A stretch of DNA of 64,000 nucleotides, from positions 73,715 to 137,714 of the forward strand of contig CAMDKM010000003.1 of the NCBI GenBank assembly GCA_945900965.1, read 5' to 3'. Below are positions 21,474-31,515 of the stretch, piece by piece (position 1 is the first letter of the stretch; every line of letters starts with the position of its first letter). The DNA comes from Bordetella parapertussis (GTDB lineage: Bacteria; Pseudomonadota; Gammaproteobacteria; Burkholderiales; JACQAP01). The notes under the pieces are model-generated. The model was not told the DNA's origin. It saw only the letters and a program-made list of their open reading frames with translations, and searched no databases. A program made the position numbers and the translations under genes.

Positions 21474-21887
21474 GTGCTCTGGGTAAAATCGTTTCACATC
21501 GTCTTTATGGTCACCTGGTTCGCAGGCATGTTTTACCTGCCCAGACTATTCGTTTATCACGCCATGAGCGAGGACGCGATCAGCCGCGAGCGCTTCAAGA
21601 TCATGGAGCGCAAATTGTTCTGGGGCATCATGACCCCAGGAGCCGTCCTGACTATTTTTTTCGGTTTTTGGCTCTGGCTCGGTTATGGACTGAGTGGCGG
21701 CTGGCTCACGGCAAAATTATTGCTGGTGGTGATTTTGGTCGCCTATCATGTTTATTGCGGTGTGCTGCTGCTCGACTTCAAGCAAGAGCGAAATCGACGC
21801 AGCCATGTTTTCTTCCGATGGTTTAACGAATTTCCGGTGTTGATCCTGATTGCCATTATTCTGCTGGTGGAGTTTCAACCATTTTGA
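21474..21887 (+). CDS. hemJ: Protoporphyrinogen oxidase HemJ-like (UPF0093) membrane protein
   Basis: WVKSFHIVFMVTWFAGMFYLPRLFVYH; FRWFNEFP. Confidence 0.8.
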   Translation: MLWVKSFHIVFMVTWFAGMFYLPRLFVYHAMSEDAISRERFKIMERKLFWGIMTPGAVLTIFFGFWLWLGYGLSGGWLTAKLLLVVILVAYHVYCGVLLLDFKQERNRRSHVFFRWFNEFPVLILIAIILLVEFQPF

Positions 21888-22261
21888 CCCGTGTGGTACT
21901 GGTGCTCGCCGTGTTGTTCGCCGGCGTCCCCAGTGTCGAGGCGCAACAGATCCAGGCCCGCATTCTCGTACAGAATTCGAGGCTGGCCGGATTTCAGTAT
22001 CACGAAGCCAAGGCGGTGTGGCAACAGATGCGGGTCGGAGATCCGCTCGTTCTGGTCCGTGAGCCCAACAATCCGCACGATGACAAGGCGGTGCGGGTGG
22101 ATTGGAACGGGCATACCCTGGGTTATGTGCCGCGTGCCGAAAACGCGGCGGTGGCCCGCCAGCTCGATCGCGGCAATCGACTGCAAGCGCGGATCGTGAC
22201 CCTGTCGAAACATCGCGATCCGCGTAAGCGGATTGAATTCGAAATTTTTCTTCCGCTGTAG
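21884..22261 (+). CDS. Stand-alone HIRAN domain protein with N-terminal hydrophobic segment
   Basis: LAGFQYH; REPNNPHDDKAV; LGYVPR. Confidence 0.8.
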   Translation: MTRVVLVLAVLFAGVPSVEAQQIQARILVQNSRLAGFQYHEAKAVWQQMRVGDPLVLVREPNNPHDDKAVRVDWNGHTLGYVPRAENAAVARQLDRGNRLQARIVTLSKHRDPRKRIEFEIFLPL

Positions 22262-22294
22262 ACGTTATCGGCGTCAAAAAGCAGCGCACTCGCA

Positions 22295-23461
22295 ATGACT
22301 GATAAGGCAACACACAGGTTTTTCTGTCCATGCCCGCGCGGACTTGAGGGGATTCTGCGCGCGGAACTCGAAACGCTGGGCGCTACCCGGGTGGAGGATG
22401 CCGAAGGCGGGGTAGGATTTGGCGGACCATGGTTGCTGGCCTACTCTGTGAATCTTCATAGCCGTATCGCCAGTCGAGTGTTATGGCAAATTGGCACGGG
22501 TCGATATCGTGACGAGGACGACATCTACCGCAGCGTTAATGCATGGGACTGGCAGCAACTGATTTCTCCCGATTTGAGTATTCGCGTAAAGGTTTCGGCG
22601 ATTGCGAGCCCGCTGCGGAGCCTCGAATTTATAACCTTGAAGATCAAAGACGCGGTCTGCGACAAATTGCGCGCGCAAACCGGGCGGCGGCCCAATGTGG
22701 ATACGGCACAGCCGGACGTGCGTATTCATGCCTTTCTCGAGACCGATCGCTTCACCTTATATCTCGACACGTCGGGTGAGCCCCTGTTCAAGCGCCGTAC
22801 GCGGCCTTACTCGGGCGAGGCGCCGATGCGTGAGAACCTGGCGGCGGGGATTTTGAAGTTGGCCGGGTGGGCGCCCGGAATTCCCCTGCTGGACCCGATG
22901 TGCGGCAGCGGCACCTTATTGATCGAGGCAGCGCAAATGGCCCTTTGCGTTGCCCCGGGGCTGCGCAGGACATTCGCATTCGAGAAACTTGCCGGTTTCG
23001 ATGCTGATTCCTGGGCAAAAATGAGAACGCAGGCGCAGAGCGAGGTAAAAATATCGGCCCCGCTGCCAATTTATGGGTCCGACCTGTATGGCGACGCGTT
23101 AAAGCTCGCGCGGCAAAACCTGGAAGCGGCAGACTTGGCGGGAGTGGTAGGCCTCAACCAGGCAAATGTGCTGGAAATTTCGGCGCCCGCGCCGGACGGT
23201 TTGCTGGTAACCAATCCGCCCTATGGGATTCGCGTCGGCGAGCAGGACACACTTGCTGCGTTTTATCCGCAACTGGGCAATGCCTTGAAAAAGAAATTCT
23301 CCGGATGGCGTGCCTACGTATTCACTGCCGACATGCGCTTGCCAAAGCTCATCGGCTTGTCGCCTTCCAAACGCACGCCGCTTTACAACGGGCCACTGGA
23401 GTGCAGGCTGTACGAATTTCGAATGGTTGCGGGATCGATGAGGAAAAAGCGTGAACAGTGA
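22295..23461 (+). CDS. rlmL: THUMP-domain class I SAM RNA methyltransferase (RlmL-like)
   Basis: LHSRIASRV; LDPMCGSGT; NPPYG. Confidence 0.8.
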   Translation: MTDKATHRFFCPCPRGLEGILRAELETLGATRVEDAEGGVGFGGPWLLAYSVNLHSRIASRVLWQIGTGRYRDEDDIYRSVNAWDWQQLISPDLSIRVKVSAIASPLRSLEFITLKIKDAVCDKLRAQTGRRPNVDTAQPDVRIHAFLETDRFTLYLDTSGEPLFKRRTRPYSGEAPMRENLAAGILKLAGWAPGIPLLDPMCGSGTLLIEAAQMALCVAPGLRRTFAFEKLAGFDADSWAKMRTQAQSEVKISAPLPIYGSDLYGDALKLARQNLEAADLAGVVGLNQANVLEISAPAPDGLLVTNPPYGIRVGEQDTLAAFYPQLGNALKKKFSGWRAYVFTADMRLPKLIGLSPSKRTPLYNGPLECRLYEFRMVAGSMRKKREQ

Positions 23462-23530
23462 ACGGTAACCAGTGAACGGGATTTACGTGCCGGGTTTACC
23501 GATCACCAATTGCCGATTACCGTTCACCGT
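23451..23530. repeat. Inverted heptamer array (GTGAACG)n / (CGTTCAC)n
   Basis: gtgaaca gtgaacg gtaacca gtgaacg ... cgatcac caattgc cgattac cgttcac. Confidence 0.8.
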
Positions 23531-24666
23531 CATACGATGTTCAGGTGATCCACCCCGGTGGTCAAGTCGCGATCCTTGGCTTCCTTGCCGTGTAGTTTGA
23601 TGGCCAGACGCAGTTCATTCATGGAATCCGCGTTGCGCATTGCATCTTCGTAACTGATTTTTCCGGCCTCGTAGAGATCGAAGAGTGCCTGGTCGAAGGT
23701 TTGCATCCCCAGTTCGCGGGATTTTTTCATGATCTCCTTGATTTCATGCACTTCACCCTTGAAGATCAAGTCGGAAATAAGCGGCGAATTGAGCAGGATT
23801 TCCACTGCCGCGGCACGGCCCTTCGTGTCTTTGAGCGGGATCAGGCGCTGGGAAATCAGACCTTTCATGTTGAGGGAAAGGTCCATCAGCAACTGCGCGC
23901 GGCGTTCTTCCGGGAAAAAGTTGATGATCCGGTCCAGTGCCTGGTTGGCGCTGTTGGCGTGCAGCGTACACATGCATAAGTGACCGGTTTCCGCGAAGGC
24001 AATGGCGTGTTCCATGGTTTCGCGGTCGCGAACTTCTCCGATCAGGATAACGTCCGGGGCCTGCCGCAGCGTGTTCTTCAAGGCGGCCTCCCACGAGTCC
24101 GTATCCACCCCCACTTCCCGCTGCGTAATCATGCAGTTCTTATGTTCGTGTACGTATTCGATCGGGTCTTCGATGGTGATGATATGTCCGTGGCTGTTTT
24201 CGTTGCGGTAGCCGACCATCGCGGCCAGCGTGGTCGATTTGCCGGAGCCGGTACCGCCGACCATGATGACAAGGCCGCGCTTGGTCATGGCCACGTCCTT
24301 CAATACTGGCGGCAGGCCGAGATCCTCTATCTTGGGAATGGTGGTCGTAATGGTTCGCAGCACGACCCCCACCCTTTGCTGCTGAACAAAAACATTGACC
24401 CGAAAACGTCCGATGCCAGGCGGATTGATGGCGAAGTTGCATTCCTTCTTTGCCTCAAATTCCCCTGCCTGCTTGTCATTCATCAAAGAGCGGGCAAGCT
24501 CCTGGGTATGCTGCGGCGTCAGACTCTGGTTGGAGACGGGCGTCATCTTGCCGTCGACCTTGAAAGCGGGAGGAAAGCCCGCGGTAATAAAGAGGTCCGA
24601 GGCTTTTTTCGCCACCAGGCCGCGCAACAGTTCATGGATAAATTTGACGGCCTGATCTCGTTCCAT
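23530..24666 (-). CDS. pilU: Type IV pilus retraction ATPase PilU
   Basis: GGTGSGKST; TIEDPIE; LRQAPDVILIGE; follows pilT. Confidence 0.93.
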   Translation of the reverse strand: MERDQAVKFIHELLRGLVAKKASDLFITAGFPPAFKVDGKMTPVSNQSLTPQHTQELARSLMNDKQAGEFEAKKECNFAINPPGIGRFRVNVFVQQQRVGVVLRTITTTIPKIEDLGLPPVLKDVAMTKRGLVIMVGGTGSGKSTTLAAMVGYRNENSHGHIITIEDPIEYVHEHKNCMITQREVGVDTDSWEAALKNTLRQAPDVILIGEVRDRETMEHAIAFAETGHLCMCTLHANSANQALDRIINFFPEERRAQLLMDLSLNMKGLISQRLIPLKDTKGRAAAVEILLNSPLISDLIFKGEVHEIKEIMKKSRELGMQTFDQALFDLYEAGKISYEDAMRNADSMNELRLAIKLHGKEAKDRDLTTGVDHLNIV

Positions 24667-24712
24667 TAGTTACTCCTGGATTGGGCGGAAAATGTCCGGT
24701 TATTGTCAGCCA

Positions 24713-25753
24713 TCAAAGGAAGGCGTCCTTGTTGGCGGCCTTGGCCCGTGCCTCTTCTTTGGCAATCACGTTGCGTTTGACCATTTCGGCCAAATTCTGA
24801 TCCAGGGTTTGCATACCTATGCTCTGCCCGGTCTGGATGGCCGAATACATCTGGGCAATTTTGGCTTCCCGTATCAGATTGCGGATCGCCGGGGTGCCGA
24901 TCATGATTTCATGGGCCGCCGCGCGACCGCTGCCGTCTTTGGTCTTGCATAAGGTCTGCGATATGACCGCGCGCAAAGACTCGGACAACATCGCCCTGAC
25001 CATTTCCTTTTCGGCGGCCGGAAACACGTCGATGATCCGGTCGACGGTTTTTGCCGCGGAACTGGTGTGCAGGGTGCCAAATACCAAGTGTCCGGTTTCC
25101 GCCGCGGTAAGGGCCAGGCGAATGGTTTCCAGATCGCGCAGCTCGCCGACCAGGATGATGTCCGGGTCTTCCCGCAAGGCACTGCGCAACGCGTTGTTGA
25201 ACGACAGGGTGTGTGGCCCGACCTCGCGCTGGTTGATCAGGCATTTTTTGCTTTCGTGGACGAATTCGATCGGGTCCTCCACGGTCAAGATGTGGCCGAA
25301 TTCGTTTTCGTTGATGTCGTTGACCATTGCCGCCAGAGTGGTGGACTTTCCCGATCCCGTCGGGCCGGTGACCAACACGACGCCGCGCGGGTACTTGGCA
25401 ATCTCCTTGAAAATGGGTGGCGCCTTGAGGTCTTCGAGGGATAAAACCTTGGACGGAATCGTTCGCATCACCGCGCCGGCGCCGCGATTTTGCACAAAGG
25501 CGTTGACCCGGAAACGCGCCAGATTGGGAATCGCGAAGGAAAAATCGCATTCGAGATTTTCTTCGTAAAACTTGCGCTGCCCGTCGTTCATGATGTCGTA
25601 CACCATGGCGTGTACGTCTTTATGTTCCATCGGCGGCAAATTGATACGCCGGACATCACCATGTACGCGGATCATTGGCGGGAGCCCCGCGGAAAGATGC
25701 AGATCCGAAGCCTTGTTCTTGACCACGAAGGCGAGCAGTTCAGAGATGTCCAT
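24713..25753 (-). CDS. pilT: Type IV pilus retraction ATPase PilT
   Basis: ASDLHLSAG; GPTGSGKST; AIRNLIRE; GMQT. Confidence 0.96.
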   Translation of the reverse strand: MDISELLAFVVKNKASDLHLSAGLPPMIRVHGDVRRINLPPMEHKDVHAMVYDIMNDGQRKFYEENLECDFSFAIPNLARFRVNAFVQNRGAGAVMRTIPSKVLSLEDLKAPPIFKEIAKYPRGVVLVTGPTGSGKSTTLAAMVNDINENEFGHILTVEDPIEFVHESKKCLINQREVGPHTLSFNNALRSALREDPDIILVGELRDLETIRLALTAAETGHLVFGTLHTSSAAKTVDRIIDVFPAAEKEMVRAMLSESLRAVISQTLCKTKDGSGRAAAHEIMIGTPAIRNLIREAKIAQMYSAIQTGQSIGMQTLDQNLAEMVKRNVIAKEEARAKAANKDAFL

Positions 25754-25862
25754 TTATAATTCTCCGAGGATATGAAACCGGAAAGCAGGTAAAAATCGCT
25801 TTCTCCATGAATAGAAAACTCCCGTAATATTCGGTGCTTACAAAGGAATTTGCAAGGGAATT

Positions 25863-26549
25863 ATGACAACAATAACGGCCCGCTTGCAAGCAGTCAAAGC
25901 GCGTATCGAGGCAGCGGCACTGGCGGCGGGGCGTAGGCCGTCGGATGTCGGGCTATTGGCAGTCAGTAAATCCTTTTCCGACAAGGACATCATGGAGGCC
26001 TATCGTGCGGGCCAGCAGGTATTCGGCGAAAACTTTGTTCAAGAGGGCGTCGAAAAAGTGGCTTGTCTTGCCGGATTATCGATCGAATGGTCTTTTATCG
26101 GTCCGGTCCAAAGCAACAAAACACGACTGGTTGCGGAAAATTTTGACTGGGTTCATAGCGTTGACCGCTTGAAAATTGCCGAACGTCTAGCGCATGCGAG
26201 ACCAGAAAGCCGTCCTCCGCTGCAGATATGTATCCAGGTCAATGTGAGCCAGGAAGCCTCAAAGAGTGGCGTAGCTCCCGACGAAACCCTGGTGTTGTCG
26301 CAAAAAGTCGCTGGGCTTTCCGGGCTGAGTCTGCGCGGGCTGATGGCGATTCCCGAACCCACGAGCGATGTCGCGTCGCAGCGCCGGCAGTTCAGGATGC
26401 TGCGGGAAATTCGCGACGAGATCGTTCGCCACGGTATTGTCCTGGATACCCTGTCGATGGGCATGTCCGACGATCTGGAAGCAGCCATTGCGGAAGGCTC
26501 GACGCTGGTTCGCGTGGGGCGCGCGATTTTCGGGCCACGCTCTGTTTAG
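25863..26549 (+). CDS. yggS: PLP homeostasis protein YggS
   Basis: LLAVSK; FGENFVQE; LSMGMSDD; VRVGRAIFG. Confidence 0.93.
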   Translation: MTTITARLQAVKARIEAAALAAGRRPSDVGLLAVSKSFSDKDIMEAYRAGQQVFGENFVQEGVEKVACLAGLSIEWSFIGPVQSNKTRLVAENFDWVHSVDRLKIAERLAHARPESRPPLQICIQVNVSQEASKSGVAPDETLVLSQKVAGLSGLSLRGLMAIPEPTSDVASQRRQFRMLREIRDEIVRHGIVLDTLSMGMSDDLEAAIAEGSTLVRVGRAIFGPRSV

Positions 26550-26647
26550 CGGCGAGACCGGCGTTATACTGCCAAAATTGCCCTGCAACTTCACGAAACA
26601 AGCCGTTTCGGCAGGTCTTTTCAATAAACTCAATTCCCACTTTATTC

Positions 26648-27460
26648 ATGCGAATTTTATTCGTCGGCGGGGGCAACATGGCCTCTGCACTGATTGGTGG
26701 TATGGTCAAACAAGGTGTTCGAGCCTCCGATATGAGAGTGGTGGAAATATCAGGACCGGCACGTGCTCGACTACAAGAGCAATATGGAGTGAGGCTGACG
26801 GATTCCATCGGGGACGCTGAAATCGATGAAGACGTCGTATTGATTGCTGTCAAACCCCAGCAGGCGCAGTTGGTTGCCGCCGACCTGAGATCCAAGTTGC
26901 AGGGACAATTGGTAATCAGTATCGCGGCGGGCATCCGGACCCGGGATTTTTCAAGCTGGCTGGGGGGGCATGAACGCATCGTTCGGGTGATGCCGAATAC
27001 CCCTGCTTTGGTCGGTTCCGGCATATCCGCCTTGTTTGCCGGGAAGCAGATTGGCCGGGCAGACCGGGAAGTCGCCAGGCAGATTCTGGCCGCGGTCGGC
27101 AAGGTGCTTTGGCTCGAAAATGAGGACCAGATGGATATCGTGACCGCAGTGTCGGGAAGCGGACCCGCCTATGTTTTTTATTTCATGGAAGCCCTGCAGC
27201 AAGCTGCCGAGAGTAGCGGCCTCAATGCCGAGCAGGCGCGCGAACTGGTGATCGAGACATTTCTGGGGGCGGCGAAACTCGCGGCCAGCGGCGATGAACC
27301 CACGGCCCTGCTTCGTCAGCGCGTGACCTCCAAAGGCGGTACCACAGAGCAGGCGTTAAAAGTGCTTGAGGCGCATGGTACGAAACAGAACATTGTCGAC
27401 GCCGTACGTGCGGCGGAGCAGAAATCCCGGGAGCTTGGTGATGAGTTGGGTAGTTCCTGA
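26648..27460 (+). CDS. proC: Pyrroline-5-carboxylate reductase
   Basis: GGGNMA; RVMPNTP; SGSGPAY; VTSKGGTT. Confidence 0.95.
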   Translation: MRILFVGGGNMASALIGGMVKQGVRASDMRVVEISGPARARLQEQYGVRLTDSIGDAEIDEDVVLIAVKPQQAQLVAADLRSKLQGQLVISIAAGIRTRDFSSWLGGHERIVRVMPNTPALVGSGISALFAGKQIGRADREVARQILAAVGKVLWLENEDQMDIVTAVSGSGPAYVFYFMEALQQAAESSGLNAEQARELVIETFLGAAKLAASGDEPTALLRQRVTSKGGTTEQALKVLEAHGTKQNIVDAVRAAEQKSRELGDELGSS

Positions 27461-27483
27461 GTACAACAGCGTCCACTAACACC

Positions 27484-28056
27484 ATGAATCAGGCTCTGAT
27501 TTTTCTCCTCGAAACATTTTTTGGTTTGTTTGCCTTGGCGCTTCTGCTGCGATTTTATTTGCAGGCGGTGAGCGCGCCGGCACGCAATCCCCTGTCGCAA
27601 TTTATTGCCGCACTGACAAATTTTGCAGTGATCCCCGCGCGGCGCGTGGTTCCCGGACTTTGGGGCTACGACTTGTCCTCCTTGTTGCTGGCCTGGCTGA
27701 CCGAATTGGTGCTGGTGGTCCTTGTGCTGCTGCTCAAGGGGTATGCGATGGGGGCCCTTTCCGGGACTGCGCTGGCGGTGTTGGCGGCCATGGCGGCACT
27801 CAGTCTGGTTCGCACGTTTCTGTACATTCTCATGGTCGCGGTATTTGCCCAGGCCTTGCTGTCCTGGATTGGCCAGAACAGCCCGGCGATGCCATTGCTT
27901 GCGGCGCTCACCCGGCCATTCCTGCGCATCTTTCAGCGCAGAATTCCGCTGGTGGGCGGTGTGGATCTATCGCCTTTGTTTGTGTTGGTGCTTTGCCAGG
28001 TGCTGTTGCTCTGGCCTGTCAGCAGTCTGGAAAAACTGCTAACCCGATCGATCTGA
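27484..28056 (+). CDS. yggT: YggT family membrane protein
   Basis: Two YggT repeats; GGVDLSPL; conserved synteny. Confidence 0.88.
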   Translation: MNQALIFLLETFFGLFALALLLRFYLQAVSAPARNPLSQFIAALTNFAVIPARRVVPGLWGYDLSSLLLAWLTELVLVVLVLLLKGYAMGALSGTALAVLAAMAALSLVRTFLYILMVAVFAQALLSWIGQNSPAMPLLAALTRPFLRIFQRRIPLVGGVDLSPLFVLVLCQVLLLWPVSSLEKLLTRSI

Positions 28057-28059
28057 CTC

Positions 28060-28374
28060 TTGTTTGCGACCAATTCCTGGTTTCGTTACGACCCGGGCAA
28101 GGATATTTTGAGCCTGTTTCTTTACGTTCAGCCCGGCGCGCGCCGCAATGCCTTCGTCGGACTACATGGGGGGCGCTTGAAACTCCAGGTGTCGGCACCC
28201 GCAACCGATAATAAGGCCAATGAACGAGTGGTCGATTTGCTGCGCGAACAATTCAATTTGCCGGCGGCCAAGGTCAGAATCAGCCATGGGCGCAATTCCC
28301 GAAGTAAAACCGTGGCAATTCTTGGCCCCGGCAGCGATGGCCTTGCCCGTCTGGCGACGCTGGCCGCCCCATGA
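28060..28374 (+). CDS. yggU: DUF167 (YggU) protein
   Basis: VQPGA; APATDNKANE; G.NSRSK. Confidence 0.82.
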   Translation: MFATNSWFRYDPGKDILSLFLYVQPGARRNAFVGLHGGRLKLQVSAPATDNKANERVVDLLREQFNLPAAKVRISHGRNSRSKTVAILGPGSDGLARLATLAAP

Positions 28375-30314
28375 AAAGCAATCTCGATGAACAGGTATCC
28401 CGGTACCAGAAGTGGCGGGACCAATTTAGAGGTTGCATCGAGGCCTATCAGACTTGGCTCGAAACACACGGCCATGCCGATATCCAGCATTCGCTCAAGA
28501 TTTATGACTTGATCGAACATCTGCGCAACGATCGTCTGGTTCTGGCATTTCTCGCCGAGTATTCCCGCGGCAAGTCCGAACTGATCAATGCCATGTTCTT
28601 CTCCAACTACAAGCAGCGCCTGTTGCCTTCGGACGTTGGTCGCACGACCATGTGCCCTACGGAAATTTTCTACGACGCAGCGGAAGAACCTTACCTCATG
28701 CTGCTGCCGATCGAAACCCGGCGCTCGGAGGAAAGTATCGCTTCGTTCAAACAAAAGCCGGTGGACTGGGTAAAAATTCGCCTGCTGCCGGATTCGCCGG
28801 AAGAAATGGCCAAGGCCATGTCCAGCCTGGTGCAGGTCAAGTCGGTACCGATGGAGGAGGCAGAAGCACTGGGGTTGCTCAACGAAACTGATTTTGCCGC
28901 CACGACCATGGTGGTCAAACAGGGGAACCGGATCGAGATTCCGTGCTGGCGTCATGCGATGATCAATTATCCCCATCCATTGTTGCAGAAGGGCCTGGCC
29001 ATACTCGACACACCGGGGCTCAATGCGCTGGGCACCGAACCTGAACTGACGCTCTCCATGATTCCGAGCGCGCACGCGGTTTTGTTCTTGTTGGCCATGG
29101 ATACCGGTGTAACCAAGACTGACCTCCAAGTCTGGCAGAAATACGTACAAAACTACGTGACGCGCCGGATTGCCGTGCTCAACAAGATCGATCTTGCTTG
29201 GGACGAACTCAAGTCCGAGGATCAGGTCCGGAACGGAATCGACCGCCAGCTTGAAGAAACGGCGCAGATCCTTTCGCTGCCGCGCGATTACGTCATCGCA
29301 CTATCGGCCAAAGTGGCGTTGATTGCCCGGATCAAGGGCGACCCGGAAATGCTTGCCAGGAGCCGCATTGTCGATCTCGAGAATCTGCTGGCCGAGGAAA
29401 TCATTCCGGCCAAACAGCAAATTTTGCGCGATTCAGCAACACGGGAAATCGGCGGCATGGTGGAAGTTTCTCTTCACGGGGTCATGCGTCAACTTCACGA
29501 TACGCAGAACGAACTGCTCGAAATGTCCAAACTATCGGGCAAAAACCGCGATCTTGCCAAAGCAATGGTGAGCAAAGTCGAACAGGACAAGGCGAAATAC
29601 CTCAAGCAAATGGAGATATTTCGAAACTCCTGCGACAGGGTAGCCAGGCAGGGGAAAATCTTGCTTGAAACTCTGTCCGAGGACCGACTTGCGACGCTAC
29701 TGAATTATAACCGGCAGGTCATCGAAGGAAGTTGGACTACCGCAGGCCTGATGAACAGCATGCGTGCCTTGTTCGACGCCTTCTCCGTCCAAGCCGACAA
29801 GTTCCTGGAATTTACCACTGAAACGCGAGTTTTTGTGGACCGGGTTTACAACGAATTTCATACCCAGTACGGATTTGCCAAAATTTCTCCGCCCGCGCTA
29901 AATCTCGAACGGCACGTTCTGGGCATGCGTGATTTACAGCAGAACACCGAGAAATTCTGCAAGGATCCGGCAAATATTTTAGGGCGTGAAAAACATTTTG
30001 TCGTCCGCCGCTTTTACGGCAGCTTGGTTAGTCGCGGTCGCGAGTTATTCGACAATCTGCGCCAGGACCTCGAGGCTTGGATCGGGGCCGCGCTGTCGCC
30101 CTTGTCCTTGCAATTGAAAGATCATCAGAAGTTGCTTGAACGACGAGTGGAAAATGCGCGCAAGGTCGCCGGTGATGTTGGCACGCTTCAGGAACGGGTA
30201 CGCCAGTTGGAGCAGCAAAAGCTGCAATTAAGCAGGCAGATCGAAGAACTTACGCAAATTCGCGGCGTCCTGTCGCAAGACCTTCCGACTATTCGAATCG
30301 CCAAAGTCGCCTGA
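28371..30314 (+). CDS. Dynamin-like GTPase family protein
   Basis: G1-like AEYSRGKS; TTMCPT; DTPG; NKID; long coiled-coil C-terminus. Confidence 0.8.
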   Translation: MKSNLDEQVSRYQKWRDQFRGCIEAYQTWLETHGHADIQHSLKIYDLIEHLRNDRLVLAFLAEYSRGKSELINAMFFSNYKQRLLPSDVGRTTMCPTEIFYDAAEEPYLMLLPIETRRSEESIASFKQKPVDWVKIRLLPDSPEEMAKAMSSLVQVKSVPMEEAEALGLLNETDFAATTMVVKQGNRIEIPCWRHAMINYPHPLLQKGLAILDTPGLNALGTEPELTLSMIPSAHAVLFLLAMDTGVTKTDLQVWQKYVQNYVTRRIAVLNKIDLAWDELKSEDQVRNGIDRQLEETAQILSLPRDYVIALSAKVALIARIKGDPEMLARSRIVDLENLLAEEIIPAKQQILRDSATREIGGMVEVSLHGVMRQLHDTQNELLEMSKLSGKNRDLAKAMVSKVEQDKAKYLKQMEIFRNSCDRVARQGKILLETLSEDRLATLLNYNRQVIEGSWTTAGLMNSMRALFDAFSVQADKFLEFTTETRVFVDRVYNEFHTQYGFAKISPPALNLERHVLGMRDLQQNTEKFCKDPANILGREKHFVVRRFYGSLVSRGRELFDNLRQDLEAWIGAALSPLSLQLKDHQKLLERRVENARKVAGDVGTLQERVRQLEQQKLQLSRQIEELTQIRGVLSQDLPTIRIAKVA

Positions 30315-30330
30315 GATCCGGGCTTGCTGG

Positions 30331-31497
30331 CTACCGGACCAGCGCTTGCCGGAATTTTTGGGCGAGTTCCCTGCCTGTGGTGCGATTCCAGGTGTCGTTG
30401 ACCTGCAGGACAAACATTGCGCCGCGTGATGTTGTCGCGTAACCGGGCAGCATGACTCCCCGGGACAGCAAACGTTCACGCAGCGGGTCGGCAAGGGTTT
30501 CAGGGACTATCAAGCGGAAAACATTGGTGCCACTGGGCACGCGCTCCACGTTGATCTTGCCCCCGGAGAGCGCTTCGAAAAAATCGTTGGAAACCACAAT
30601 AGCGGCAGCCAGACGATCCACATATCCCTCCGCGTAGCGCCGTGCCAGCAATGCGAAGGGCCAGGCACTAAATAACGCACCGCCAAACATTCTTCTGGCG
30701 TGGAACATGTTTTTCAGCAGCGACTCCGGGCCCGCCAGGATTGCGCCGTTCAGAGAGTTGAAGGTTTTCCACAGCGATATGTAAACGGTATCGAATGGCG
30801 CCGCGTAATCGGCCGGCGATATGCCGGTATACGCGGAAGCGATGAACAAACGCGCGCCGTCCAGATGTGTGGCGATATCGCGTTTTCGAGCTGCAGAACA
30901 AATCCTGTCCATCTCTGTGCGCTCGAACAATTCTCCGGACAGGCGGCGGACCGGGGATTCGATGGAGATTGCACCAATCTCCGTGGTGACCCGGCCGGAA
31001 GCGGTTTTTGCCAGGAGCCGCTCCACATCCGTCCAGTTGAAGCTTGCCCGCTCGGGCGCAACGGGAAGAAGCGTCAGGCCGCTGAGTATTTGGCTGGCAT
31101 CGCCGCAATCGTTGTATACATGGCTTACCTCCTGCACCACCACCCGTCGGCGTTCGCCCGCCAATGCCCGCAGCGCGAGTTGATTGGCAAGTGTGCCCGT
31201 AGGCATAAACAACGCCCGCTCCTTGCCCAGCAGCCGGGCAAAATAGGCTTCCAGATCCTCAACCAGACCGCCCAGGCCGTAAGTGTCGGCGGCAACATTC
31301 TGTGAGGCACAAAGTCGGGCCATTTCCCCGGCCGCTTCGGACGGGTGCAGATTGAGATTATCGTTCTGGAGAAATACCATTGTGCTGGTGCTCGCCGGTT
31401 TGGTAATGGCGGCGCCCGCCGAAGGCAGCGCTGCCCCCAGCGTTGCGACGCCCGCCGCGCTCAATTCCATAAATTGCCGTCGGGAAAGTTCATGCAT
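30331..31497 (-). CDS. Threonine aldolase / beta-eliminating lyase family PLP enzyme with Tat signal
   Basis: FMPTGTLAN; HLDGAR; SLWK; N-terminal SRRQF. Confidence 0.78.
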   Translation of the reverse strand: MHELSRRQFMELSAAGVATLGAALPSAGAAITKPASTSTMVFLQNDNLNLHPSEAAGEMARLCASQNVAADTYGLGGLVEDLEAYFARLLGKERALFMPTGTLANQLALRALAGERRRVVVQEVSHVYNDCGDASQILSGLTLLPVAPERASFNWTDVERLLAKTASGRVTTEIGAISIESPVRRLSGELFERTEMDRICSAARKRDIATHLDGARLFIASAYTGISPADYAAPFDTVYISLWKTFNSLNGAILAGPESLLKNMFHARRMFGGALFSAWPFALLARRYAEGYVDRLAAAIVVSNDFFEALSGGKINVERVPSGTNVFRLIVPETLADPLRERLLSRGVMLPGYATTSRGAMFVLQVNDTWNRTTGRELAQKFRQALVR

Positions 31498-31515
31498 CCG
31501 GATTCGGCTTGCCGT

